Part shown: positions 43,645-52,045 of the stretch, piece by piece
Layout of the letters: each line of letters starts with the position of its first letter
How positions within the stretch are numbered: position 1 is the first letter of the stretch
IMG/VR virus record: IMGVR_UViG_3300034779_000011
Span: 1-53,704 of that record
DNA length: 53,704 bases
Origin: a virus
Lineage: Duplodnaviria; Caudoviricetes
Strand: one strand, 5' to 3'
Position numbers and translations under genes: made by a program
The notes under the pieces: model-generated
Database searches by the model: none
Seen by the model: only the letters and a program-made list of their open reading frames with translations
Told to the model about the DNA's origin: nothing

Positions 43645-43733
43645 ATGCACTAGGTACTTGACTTCATGTACCCAGTGCATTAGTATGGTAGTCACCGGTC
43701 GGGCAGCGGTCAAGAACCGGGCGCGAACCGGGC
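43645..43733. promoter_or_regulatory. Lysis-lysogeny switch: overlapping face-to-face promoters and operator
   Basis: Plus strand TTGACT(43658)-17-TAGTAT(43681); minus strand TTGACC(43713)-17-TACCAT(43690); inverted repeat ATGCACTaGGTAC-N10-GTACCcAGTGCAT; GAACCGGGC twice. Confidence 0.8.
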
Positions 43734-43763
43734 AAACTAGGGGCGCAAGATAGGACTCAGGCG

Positions 43764-44033
43764 ATGGCGAGCAAGCTTCCTGACGTGGAGAAGGTAACAG
43801 AGTTCGAGCGGCAGGCCGGCGGCTTCCGCACTGATCGGACTCTGGAGCTGCTGGGCCTCAAGGACGACAGCAGCCTGCGCAGGCTCCGCCGCGCGGGCGA
43901 GCTCAAGCGACGGGGCCGCCTCTACACGTTCGCGAGCGTGCGCAAGCTCAACGAGCAGCGCGTGAAGGACGGGCTCCTCGAACCGGAGTACCTGGCGCTG
44001 TTCTCGGGTGATCCCGCGGAGGTGGTCGTATGA
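43764..44033 (+). CDS. Cro/Xis-like HTH protein
   Basis: TLELLGLKDDSSLRRLRRAGEL; first gene opposite the repressor. Confidence 0.75.
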   Translation: MASKLPDVEKVTEFERQAGGFRTDRTLELLGLKDDSSLRRLRRAGELKRRGRLYTFASVRKLNEQRVKDGLLEPEYLALFSGDPAEVVV

Positions 44034-44353
44034 CCACGCGCGAGCCTTCGAGCGGGACCCTGACGGTAACGCCCCCCTCGCCGCCTGTCCAGCCCCGTCC
44101 CGAAGTCGCCGCGACGTTGGACAAGGTTGGGACAAACTGCGGCCCGGCGCTCCGCGCGCTCGCGGCCGTAACGCCGCCCTGCTTCTTCGGCGATCCCGCC
44201 CAGGACGCCGCCTGCGTGGACGGCGGCAAGGCTGCCTCGGCGGGTCTCCCGCGCGACTGCAACCGCTACGACTACTCCACGGCCCCGCTCCTCTGGCACG
44301 CGTGGGATGAGGGCTGGTGCGGCTGGCACGCGGACACTGGGGGTGAGTCGTGA
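44030..44353 (+). CDS. Early hypothetical protein
   Basis: ATGA-coupled; CNRYD...AWDEGW. Confidence 0.6.
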   Translation: MTTREPSSGTLTVTPPSPPVQPRPEVAATLDKVGTNCGPALRALAAVTPPCFFGDPAQDAACVDGGKAASAGLPRDCNRYDYSTAPLLWHAWDEGWCGWHADTGGES

Positions 44354-44613
44354 CCAGGCGTGGCAAGAAACCGGAGTCGCCCCCCCCGCTAACGGAGGTG
44401 GCCGAGTTACTCGCGTTCGAATTCGCGCTCAAGCTCGACCGCGAGTACGAAACCCGGGACGCAGCCCTCGCCGCGCTGGACCGCTGGCTCGTGGAGCGGG
44501 AGCGGACCGCCTTCAACCCTTCCCGCCGTGAAGCAGTACGTGAAGCGGCCCGGTTGGCCCGTGCGGAGATCGAGGGAATCTGGGAGCGTCGAAAGCACCG
44601 AGGTGAGACGTGA
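44350..44613 (+). CDS. Early hypothetical protein
   Basis: GTGA-coupled. Confidence 0.6.
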   Translation: MTRRGKKPESPPPLTEVAELLAFEFALKLDREYETRDAALAALDRWLVERERTAFNPSRREAVREAARLARAEIEGIWERRKHRGET

Positions 44614-44897
44614 ACGCCCCCACCCCGGCCGTCCCCTGGCAGATGGAGCGCCTGGCGGGCCTCTGCCCGTGCGACCACGGCGCCCACGCCGGCCCCTTCG
44701 CCCCCGCCGCTGAGCCGGAGTGGATCGGCGCGGCGCCCACCGCGGCGGCGGACGTGTTCCTGGCCGGCCTCGCCTGGTTCACCTGCATGGCGCCCAACTG
44801 CGGCTCCACGATCAGCGAGGGCTCGCTCTCCGCCCGCGGCGTGCGCGACATGCTGGCCGCGTCCGGACTGCTGCTCCCCGTCCGCGAGGTGCAGTGA
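44610..44897 (+). CDS. Early hypothetical protein
   Basis: GTGA-coupled; Cys motifs. Confidence 0.6.
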   Translation: MNAPTPAVPWQMERLAGLCPCDHGAHAGPFAPAAEPEWIGAAPTAAADVFLAGLAWFTCMAPNCGSTISEGSLSARGVRDMLAASGLLLPVREVQ

Positions 44898-45130
44898 TGG
44901 ACGGCGGCACAGCTGGCGGCGGCCGTGGACTGGGCGTGGTGCTGGCGCCCGCAGCAGTTGGACGGCGGACCTGTCCTCCCGCCTTCGGCCTACTGGCGTG
45001 CGACGTTGCCGCCCCATCTCGCCGCGTACGTGTGGGACGACACCGGCATGGGCGTCTACATGGCGCGCACGCCGCGCGAGGAGTCCCCCCATGCCTGACG
45101 CCTGCATATACTGCTCCTGGAGGCGAGCGC

Positions 45131-45718
45131 ATGAAGCCCGTTGATACCAGCCTTCGCGAGCGTCTCGACGCGTGGTTCGAGCAGAGCCTACCATACATCG
45201 GATCCACAGTTTTCCCCGCAGCGTCCAGGCCCGAGAACCCTTCGTTGGTGATCGGGGGATCGGTCGTGCTGGTGGAAGCGTGGGGCGCTTGCGGGGAGCC
45301 GCTCGCGGAGCAGGAGGTCTCGAAGTTCCTGCGGCTCGCCGACCACCAGTGGATCTGGTCGCATGTGGGGACGGCGGACCGGAAGCGTCTCAGGCGCTGG
45401 CTCGCCGCGATCGGCCCCATCACCGCATCAGGCCGCGAGCCGGGGCGCGTCGGCGGTCTGGTCGTGAACCGACAGTTGGTTCGTCATCTCGTTAAGCACC
45501 TCAAGCCCAGTCAGCTCGCCATAGCCGAGGAGCGCGAGCGCCACATCATACGCTTCGACGCAGGGCGCGGCGCCGGGTGGCGCGCTTTCGTGGCGGGAAT
45601 GGCGGAGTACCCCGACCGACCGTACGCAGACGCGCCCGCGCTGGAGGTGGAGTCGGGGGGCGATCCGCCTCTTTACCCGTGCATGCCCCGCCCTGATAAC
45701 GCGCGGGTGGCGGCATGA
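45131..45718 (+). CDS. Early hypothetical protein
   Basis: GGAGG RBS; coupled to the next gene. Confidence 0.6.
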   Translation: MKPVDTSLRERLDAWFEQSLPYIGSTVFPAASRPENPSLVIGGSVVLVEAWGACGEPLAEQEVSKFLRLADHQWIWSHVGTADRKRLRRWLAAIGPITASGREPGRVGGLVVNRQLVRHLVKHLKPSQLAIAEERERHIIRFDAGRGAGWRAFVAGMAEYPDRPYADAPALEVESGGDPPLYPCMPRPDNARVAA

Positions 45719-46107
45719 AGCGCATGTACGAGGACCTTCCCGGCGCTAAGCCCGCGCGCCCGCCCCGCGGCGGCATCGACTGGGACCAGCTCGCCCAGCC
45801 GAAGGACGAGGCCGGCCAACGCCGCGCGGCGGAAGCGTTCGGCCTCTCGTCGTCGGGCGTCTTCGCGGCGATCCGGCGTGCCAACCAGCGCGACGCTACG
45901 CCGACGCCCGTTCCGGACGACCCGCCGGGCGAGCCCCCGGCCGTCCCGCTCCGCGTGTGGCCCGCGCCGCCTCCCCCGCCGCCCGTCGATCTCCAGGCGG
46001 AGCTCCGCGATTCGCTCCGGCGCCGCCAGCTGGACCTGGGTGTCAAGGTTCCGCGCGCGCGGCGGGGGCACAAGCGCAAGCCTCCCGCGCGGGAGTTGGT
46101 CCCGTGA
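45715..46107 (+). CDS. Pro-rich hypothetical protein
   Basis: ATGA-coupled. Confidence 0.55.
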   Translation: MKRMYEDLPGAKPARPPRGGIDWDQLAQPKDEAGQRRAAEAFGLSSSGVFAAIRRANQRDATPTPVPDDPPGEPPAVPLRVWPAPPPPPPVDLQAELRDSLRRRQLDLGVKVPRARRGHKRKPPARELVP

Positions 46108-46274
46108 CGCCGCTCCGCCGGTGCAGCGACGTCGTCCCGGTGGATGTGCGCTTCGCCGCCTTCCTGGTCGGCCTGTTCGTGGCGCTGATGCTGGTGCTCT
46201 ACTTCGGCGGTGTCGCCGTGGACTGGCTGGAGCGCAGGCAGCTCGCCGGCCTCGCGCGACGCCCCAGGGGTTGA
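46104..46274 (+). CDS. Small membrane protein
   Basis: FAAFLVGLFVALMLVLYFGGVAV. Confidence 0.6.
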   Translation: MTPLRRCSDVVPVDVRFAAFLVGLFVALMLVLYFGGVAVDWLERRQLAGLARRPRG

Positions 46275-46515
46275 GCGGACGTGTCCTGGGTCTTCGTCCT
46301 GCTCCCCCTCTACGCGGCCCTCGTGGGCTGCGTCCGGAGCCCCGGTCCTGCGCCGTGCCCATGGCCGCGCAGACTCCCGGCCCGGCGGCTCCGCCGATTC
46401 GAAGCACCGCGCTTCCTGCCCATCGGGGCATCGGCACCAGGCCGACAGCGCGCAGCGGGGGGAGCCCGCACCGGCGATGGGAGCGCCGGCAAACGAGACG
46501 GCGGTCCGCGTGTGA

Positions 46516-47000
46516 CACCGCGCGCGGGCCGACCGTTCGATTCGAATCGCACCGATCGTGAAGGCGCTGAACGATGCAGGAGTCTTGACCACGCAGTCTT
46601 GCTGCGGCCACGGCCACCGACCGGGAAGCATCGACCTCGCCGACGGGCGCGTGCTCTGGATCCAGCCCGCCGGCGGCGAGGCAACGTCACCGAGGAAGTG
46701 ATGTTCGGAACGCCCATGTGCCGGGTGGACATTCCGGAGGTGGAGGGCCACCCGGCGCAGACGGTTTACCACGGCGGGCAGTCGATCTACGCCGTCCACC
46801 CGTGCACGGAGGAGGTCGCGCGCAAGGCGGTGGCTAGGCTGCGCGACTACGGCGGCGACCCCTTCCCGGTCCACGTGCCCGAGTTGGCCGCGGCGCGCCG
46901 CATCATTGAACGCGCCCGCCAGGTTCAGGAGGAGGAGCGCCAGCCCGCCGCCCTCCCGGCTGGTGCCGGATGGGACGAAGACGACGACCCCACGCTCTGA
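46516..47000 (+). pseudogene. Two abutting truncated phage genes
   Basis: Startless frame IAPIVKALNDAGVLTTQSCCGHG (46516-46701) overlaps N-truncated GNVTEEVMFGTPMCRVDIP...IYAVHPCTEEVAR. Confidence 0.55.
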
Positions 47001-47170
47001 CCGATGCGCCACCCTCACCACGGCAACCAGTCCCGCCGGGCCCGCAAGCGGCACGGCCACCGCCGGAGCGGCTACGGACGCTGGATTCCTAAGCCGCCGT
47101 ACGCTTCGCCGTGGCGTAACCTCCGGTGGCTCACCGAGGCGCCCGTACTCTCGTTCCCCAAGGAAAGCCG

Positions 47171-49264
47171 ATGGCAGCCAAGGTAGGCGTCCACCTGACC
47201 GATAAAGAGAACGCCGCGTTCCGCGCGAGCGGTCTCTCGCTCAAGGCGTGGCTCCGGTCTCAGGCGCCGGAGGGCGCCTCTCTCGGGGTCGCCGAGATCC
47301 CCCTCCACTGGATCAGCGGCCCGTACCGCTTCCAGGAGGGCCCTTTCGCCGGCCAGCGGATGAATCCCCGCCAGCGCTTCCCCGAGCTGGAGCAGGCGAG
47401 GCTCAGGAACTCCTTGCGTGCGAACGGCCAGCAGGAGCCGCTCCTGGTCCACGTCTCGGCGGCCGACCTGGCGGAGTACGGCCCGCCATTCCGGTGGTCG
47501 GAAGAGTCCCGCCCGCACGTCGAGATCGTGGACGGCGAGCGCCGCTGGCGCGAGGCTCGAGCGGCCGGGCTCGCGACGCTCCGCTGCGAGGTCCGCACCT
47601 GGACGGACGAGGAGGCGCTCCGCTACGCGCGCGTCACCGGCACCGAAAAACTCCTGCTCTCCGACGTGGAGCAGCTCCGCGCGCACGCCGTCGAGGTGGC
47701 GCTCGGCGAGGCGGCCGGCAAGACCCGCGAGGAGATCGCCGCGGCCCTCGGCTACGACTCCCCGTCCACGCTCTCCAACGACCTGGGGCTGCTCAAGCTC
47801 CCCGACTACTGGCTGGCGGGCGTCGAGGCCGGCGACTGGAGCCGAACGGCGCTCAAGAACTACGTGAAGCCGTTCCTCTCCAAGCTCAAGAACGATGCAG
47901 CGAGGGCGCGCCTGTTCGGGCGCGCGGCGGCGGCGTGCGAGGAAGCGGCGATCACCGAGCCCAAGGGCCTCTCGGACCGACAGGTGAAGGAGATCGTTCT
48001 CGGGGTGGCGCTCGAGGTCTCCTGGCCGCTCGACTGCGCCGCGGACCTGCCGGCGGACTCCCCTATGCTGCCCGCGGGCGAGCACGACGCGGAGTGCGGC
48101 TGCGGCGCCCCGGACACGCTGGTCGGGCACCGGCGCTGTTACAACCCGACGTGGTACGAGACCAAGCTCGAGGAGATGCGCCGGCGGGGCCTCGCTGTCG
48201 ACACCCACGCGGATCTGGCGGCGGTCTTCCCCGAGGAGCGAGAGCGACAGGCAGCACTCGACCTGATCGGGCGTACGTCGCTGCCAGTCAGTGGAAGCGA
48301 GGAGGTGCAAGCCGACGAGTCCGGCATGGGCCCGCGCCCGCCAGGCGAGCCACGGGGCGCCGAGGGCCGTTGGTCACCCGAGCCGTGCACGACACCCTGT
48401 CGGTCCTGCGGCTCGACTTTGTGGGGGCTGGCGGACCTCACCGTCGGCGTCTGCGAAGACTGCACGCCAGAACACTTCCGGACGCCGCCGGCGGGGTCGG
48501 GTGGTTCCGTCGGGGACCGCGACGGCCAGGAGTGGGGCGGCACCGATCCGACCGAGGCCCACGGGCCGCTCCTCGTCGCCGACCCCAGCCCGATGCCGGA
48601 GGAGCCGTCCACCGAAGGTTCCACGACGTCCACCGTGTCGTCCGGTTCCACCGCGGACCCTTCGATGGCGTCTGGTGCGACCTCCGCCACGTCGTCACCT
48701 CCGCAAGCGGGTGGGTCGTCTTCGGCCCCCGCTTCGCGAAGCGCCCCCGGCCCGGCTGAGGCCGCAGTCGCACCGTCCGGCATCGCCCGCGCCATCGTGC
48801 GCGGCACGGCCACCCTGGGGGAGATTCGCGCCTGGTTCCATCCCGAAGCGCCTGCGACCCCCGCGCACGTGGTCGTCCTGAACGAGGCGCTTCGGACGAC
48901 GCTTCGGCTGCTGCAGGAGGTCGGGGCGCCTGCGTCGGCGGTCCCGGGGAGCGGGTGGGAAGGGCGGCACGGCGCACAGGACCCACCCGCGCAACCGGCC
49001 AAGAATCCGCCGGCGCGCCGGGACGCCGCCGCGGCCGAGGTCGACCGGCTTCCGGCGAACATCCGCGATGCGTTTGCGCACGCGCAGCAGCCGGACATGA
49101 GCGCGGAGGACAAGGCGCACGCCCTCCGGGTACTCTCGCGGCATTGCGAACTCGGCTGGGCGTTCCTAAACGCGAACCAGGAGGGCGGGGCGGACCTGTC
49201 GGCGCTGGCGGACGCACTGGACCAGGCCGATGTGCTGCTGCGCGGCGAGGTGGCCGGTGCCTGA
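47171..49264 (+). CDS. ParB/Srx-domain protein with long low-complexity C-terminus
   Basis: NPRQRF, LRNSLRANGQQEPLLV, IVDGERRWR, HTH TREEIAAALG...LLKLP. Confidence 0.88.
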   Translation: MAAKVGVHLTDKENAAFRASGLSLKAWLRSQAPEGASLGVAEIPLHWISGPYRFQEGPFAGQRMNPRQRFPELEQARLRNSLRANGQQEPLLVHVSAADLAEYGPPFRWSEESRPHVEIVDGERRWREARAAGLATLRCEVRTWTDEEALRYARVTGTEKLLLSDVEQLRAHAVEVALGEAAGKTREEIAAALGYDSPSTLSNDLGLLKLPDYWLAGVEAGDWSRTALKNYVKPFLSKLKNDAARARLFGRAAAACEEAAITEPKGLSDRQVKEIVLGVALEVSWPLDCAADLPADSPMLPAGEHDAECGCGAPDTLVGHRRCYNPTWYETKLEEMRRRGLAVDTHADLAAVFPEERERQAALDLIGRTSLPVSGSEEVQADESGMGPRPPGEPRGAEGRWSPEPCTTPCRSCGSTLWGLADLTVGVCEDCTPEHFRTPPAGSGGSVGDRDGQEWGGTDPTEAHGPLLVADPSPMPEEPSTEGSTTSTVSSGSTADPSMASGATSATSSPPQAGGSSSAPASRSAPGPAEAAVAPSGIARAIVRGTATLGEIRAWFHPEAPATPAHVVVLNEALRTTLRLLQEVGAPASAVPGSGWEGRHGAQDPPAQPAKNPPARRDAAAAEVDRLPANIRDAFAHAQQPDMSAEDKAHALRVLSRHCELGWAFLNANQEGGADLSALADALDQADVLLRGEVAGA

Positions 49265-49710
49265 GCCCCCGAAAGACGCTCTCGACGCCGTATGGTACGC
49301 CGCCAAGCTCGATTACCACCACGGGGTCGAGTCGAATCCCTGGCCGGAAGGCACGCGCCAGCACGCGGTGTGGGCGCTTGGGTGGGGAGGCTGAGCGTGA
49401 AGCGGAAGCCTGGGAGCACAGTGACGCCTTCCGTGTCGAAGAGGCACTGGAGGAGCAGCGCTACTTTGAGCGGCGCCGGGCGGAAGCGCGCGAGTCGGGC
49501 GGGCCGGACCCGGACCGCGTTGCCCTCTTCCTGCGCAACAGCGTCGACCGCGTTCTGAGGTATCTGGGGATGAACGGCCCGTCGGTGATCGTCAACCAGG
49601 AACGCCGCAACCTGCTGCGGCTCGCCGACGAGCTCGCGCGCATCCCTACCCCGACGGAGCAGCGCCTGGGGTGGGTCCCGCTGGCGGAGACGGATGGGGG
49701 CGCGACGTGA
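49257..49710 (+). pseudogene. Frameshifted hypothetical gene
   Basis: NPWPEGTRQHAVWALGW continues as EAEREAEAWE after removing one G at ~49386. Confidence 0.55.
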
Positions 49711-50096
49711 GCCCGTCCGAGCTGCTCCAGCGCTGGCGCGAGGACGCGGCCCGCTTCCGTGAGTACGGCAGCGGTGGCGAGGCGCTTGCCTCCGTCCTGG
49801 ACTCGGTCGCGGACCAGATGGAGGTCTCTCTGCGCGACGATGCGCTGCGGCCGCTCAGTCTCGCGCAAGCCTCCGTCCTGGGCGGATACAGCGTCGAGCG
49901 CCTGGGCGCGCTTCTACGCGAACGCCCGGAGCTGAACGTCGGACGCAAGGGTGCGCCGCGAATCATGCGCTCGCAGGTCCCCTTCAAGGCCGGGCACGCG
50001 CCCGCGGATTCGGATGATCTCCGGAAGGCTCGCGCGGGACGCGGCGGGAGTGCATCATCTACCGCGGGGGCGGCGGCCCGGCGGGCCGCGCTGTGA
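49707..50096 (+). CDS. Excisionase-like protein
   Basis: LSLAQASVLGGYSVERLG HTH, directly before the integrase. Confidence 0.65.
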   Translation: MSPSELLQRWREDAARFREYGSGGEALASVLDSVADQMEVSLRDDALRPLSLAQASVLGGYSVERLGALLRERPELNVGRKGAPRIMRSQVPFKAGHAPADSDDLRKARAGRGGSASSTAGAAARRAAL

Positions 50097-50120
50097 ATCC
50101 ACGCGGGCGGGAGGTGAGCC

Positions 50121-51311
50121 GTGCCGAAGAAGAAACAGCCGAAGCTCTGGAGCTACGAAGCGGGGTCGCGCGGGTCGCGCGTCTGGGTGGGGGAGCGCGT
50201 GCCGGGCGGCGTCCTCACCTGCCGCTGGTGGGACCCCGTGCGGGGGCAGAACCACTTTCAAAGCTTGGGACACCGGGACAAGGCGAAGGCCATGGAGCAC
50301 GCCGACGCCCTCTCGCGGCTTCATCGCACGAACAAGGAGGCGGGGGCGCGGGGCCTCCTCACCCTGGCCGCGCTGTTCGGCCTCTACGAGGGCGCCGGCG
50401 AGCCGGCCCGCAAGAAGAGGCGCGGCGCCCAGGACGACGCGCGGCGGATGGATATCTGGCAGGCGTACCTAGGGGACGCATTCGTCGTCCAGGACCTGAC
50501 GCCCGGCATCCTCAAGCGGTTCGTCGCGGACCGCAAGGCGGGGCGGGTTGCGGTGCAGGGGCACGCCCTCGGCGCCGCTAGCGACACGACCGCCGGCAAG
50601 GACGTGGGCTTCTTACAGGCGGTGCTGCGGTGGGCCGGGCCCGAAGGCCATTTAGACGACGCGCCAGTTCGGCCGTCGGTCATGCAGTTCGCCCTGCCGC
50701 GTAACGTGAACCCGCGGCGGCCGGTGGCCACGTACGACCGCTTCCTCGCCCTCCGGCCGCACTGCAGCCGCCACGGCAGCGGCCGGTTCGGGGAGTTCGT
50801 GGACCTGGTGGAGGCGCTTGGCTGGCGGGCGGGGGCGATCTGCGCTCTGGACTACGCCGACCTGGATTTGCAGGCGCTGCCGCAGGCACCGCTCGGACGG
50901 GTCCTGAAGCGGGCGGAGACCGACAAGCGCGGCGTGGAGATGTGGATACCACTGCCTGCGGATGCGAGGTCCGCCATCGACCGGCTGCTGCGCAAACGCG
51001 GCGCGGTGGGGCGCGGACCCCTCTTCCCGCGGCCGAAGGACCCCACCCGCTGTTGGACGGTCGAGTACGCGATCAAGCAGCTGCGCCACGCGGAGAGGGA
51101 CGCTGGCCTGCAGCCGCAGGCGCGGGGCGCCTTCCACCCGTACCGGCGCGCATGGGTGAGGGCACGGAAGGACTGGCCGCGCTCGGACGTGGCGGCCGCG
51201 GGCGGGTGGCAGTCGGTGCGGACGCTGGAGATCTACGACGGGGCGGACGAGCACACGCTGCTCGCGGTGGTGAACGAGCCGCGCAAGCTGCGCGACGCGG
51301 GGGCGGCGTGA
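50121..51311 (+). CDS. int: Tyrosine integrase
   Basis: GWRAGAI (R), TDK (K), FHPYRR (HxxR), GGW, EIYD (Y); next to tRNA. Confidence 0.93.
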   Translation: MPKKKQPKLWSYEAGSRGSRVWVGERVPGGVLTCRWWDPVRGQNHFQSLGHRDKAKAMEHADALSRLHRTNKEAGARGLLTLAALFGLYEGAGEPARKKRRGAQDDARRMDIWQAYLGDAFVVQDLTPGILKRFVADRKAGRVAVQGHALGAASDTTAGKDVGFLQAVLRWAGPEGHLDDAPVRPSVMQFALPRNVNPRRPVATYDRFLALRPHCSRHGSGRFGEFVDLVEALGWRAGAICALDYADLDLQALPQAPLGRVLKRAETDKRGVEMWIPLPADARSAIDRLLRKRGAVGRGPLFPRPKDPTRCWTVEYAIKQLRHAERDAGLQPQARGAFHPYRRAWVRARKDWPRSDVAAAGGWQSVRTLEIYDGADEHTLLAVVNEPRKLRDAGAA

Positions 51312-51331
51312 GAGAGGAGGAGAACGGAGCG

Positions 51332-51577
51332 ATGGACGCTATGACACATCACGCCTACAAGGCGTTCTTGCAAGCAGTCTCCGAGGAACACGGGAGCGAC
51401 CCTCCGCCCATGGACGGTTCCTCGGTGATCGAACGCCTCGCATGGTGGATGGACCGGGCGCCGTCGCACGCCGGTACGCCCATGGCGTGGCTCCGCGAAT
51501 TCGCGGCGGACCTACGCAAGTGGGCGGACCTGATTGAGGCGGACGTCGGAAGCATCGCCGGCGGGCAAGAAACGTAG
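51332..51577 (+). CDS. Small hypothetical protein
   Basis: RBS-rich upstream sequence. Confidence 0.5.
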   Translation: MDAMTHHAYKAFLQAVSEEHGSDPPPMDGSSVIERLAWWMDRAPSHAGTPMAWLREFAADLRKWADLIEADVGSIAGGQET

Positions 51578-51591
51578 CAAACTACGTAGCA
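51572..51591. repeat. Putative integrase arm-type sites
   Basis: ACGTAGCA twice, 12-bp period, ~70 bp from the tRNA 3' end. Confidence 0.5.
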
Positions 51592-51660
51592 CGGCAGGAG
51601 CGGAGACGGGAACGCCCCACGGCGCGCAAGCACATGCGGGGCGAGGGGATAGGGAGGGAG

Positions 51661-51731
51661 AGGCGCCGCCCGGATTCGAACCGGGGGTCGAGGATTTGCA
51701 GTCCTCTGCCTTACCACTTGGCCACGGCGCC
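51661..51731 (-). tRNA. tRNA-Cys (GCA), probable attachment site
   Basis: GGCGCCGTGGCCAAGTGGTAAGGCAGAGGACTGCAAATCCTC...GGTTCGAATCCGGGCGGCGCCT. Confidence 0.97.
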
Positions 51732-51762
51732 GTACCTGCTTCGACCCCGCGGCGGGCACGAG

Positions 51763-51835
51763 AGCGGGCAACCGGGCTCGAACCGGCGACCTCAACCTTG
51801 GCAAGGTTGCGCTCTACCAACTGAGCTATGCCCGC
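51763..51835 (-). tRNA. tRNA-Gly (GCC)
   Basis: GCGGGCATAGCTCAGTTGGTAGAGCGCAACCTTGCCAAGGTTG...GGTTCGAGCCCGGTTGCCCGCT. Confidence 0.97.
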
Positions 51836-52045
51836 GTTTGGGAACGGCAAATGTACCGGTTCGGGCCGGTCGGGTCAACCCCCGCCGGCTCCCGCCCGGG
51901 CGCCGTCCTAACCCGATCCTAAGCCGTTTTCGCCGCGTTCGCGCCCCTCTGCGCGTTGACAAGGGCGGGGGCCGCGCGCTAGCGTCTCCTGCCCCGCGTC
52001 CGGCCCGGCCGGACCCGCGTCCCCGCTGCTTCCAGGGCGTACCCG

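Larger units (their letters stand above)
1..51660 (+). mobile_element. Lambda-like temperate prophage (siphovirus); left end lies outside the window, right end at the tRNA-Cys 3' end
   Basis: Contiguous terminase-portal-S49-capsid-tail-TMP module, repressor/cro switch, replication genes and a tyrosine integrase next to a tRNA; genes tightly coupled by ATGA/GTGA overlaps. Confidence 0.95.

Noticed and set aside
44895-46701. TGA recoding suggested by coding-like frames continuing past TGA
   Set aside because: Most intact genes end in TGA with ATGA/GTGA coupling, so TGA is a true stop; deletion scars explain these frames
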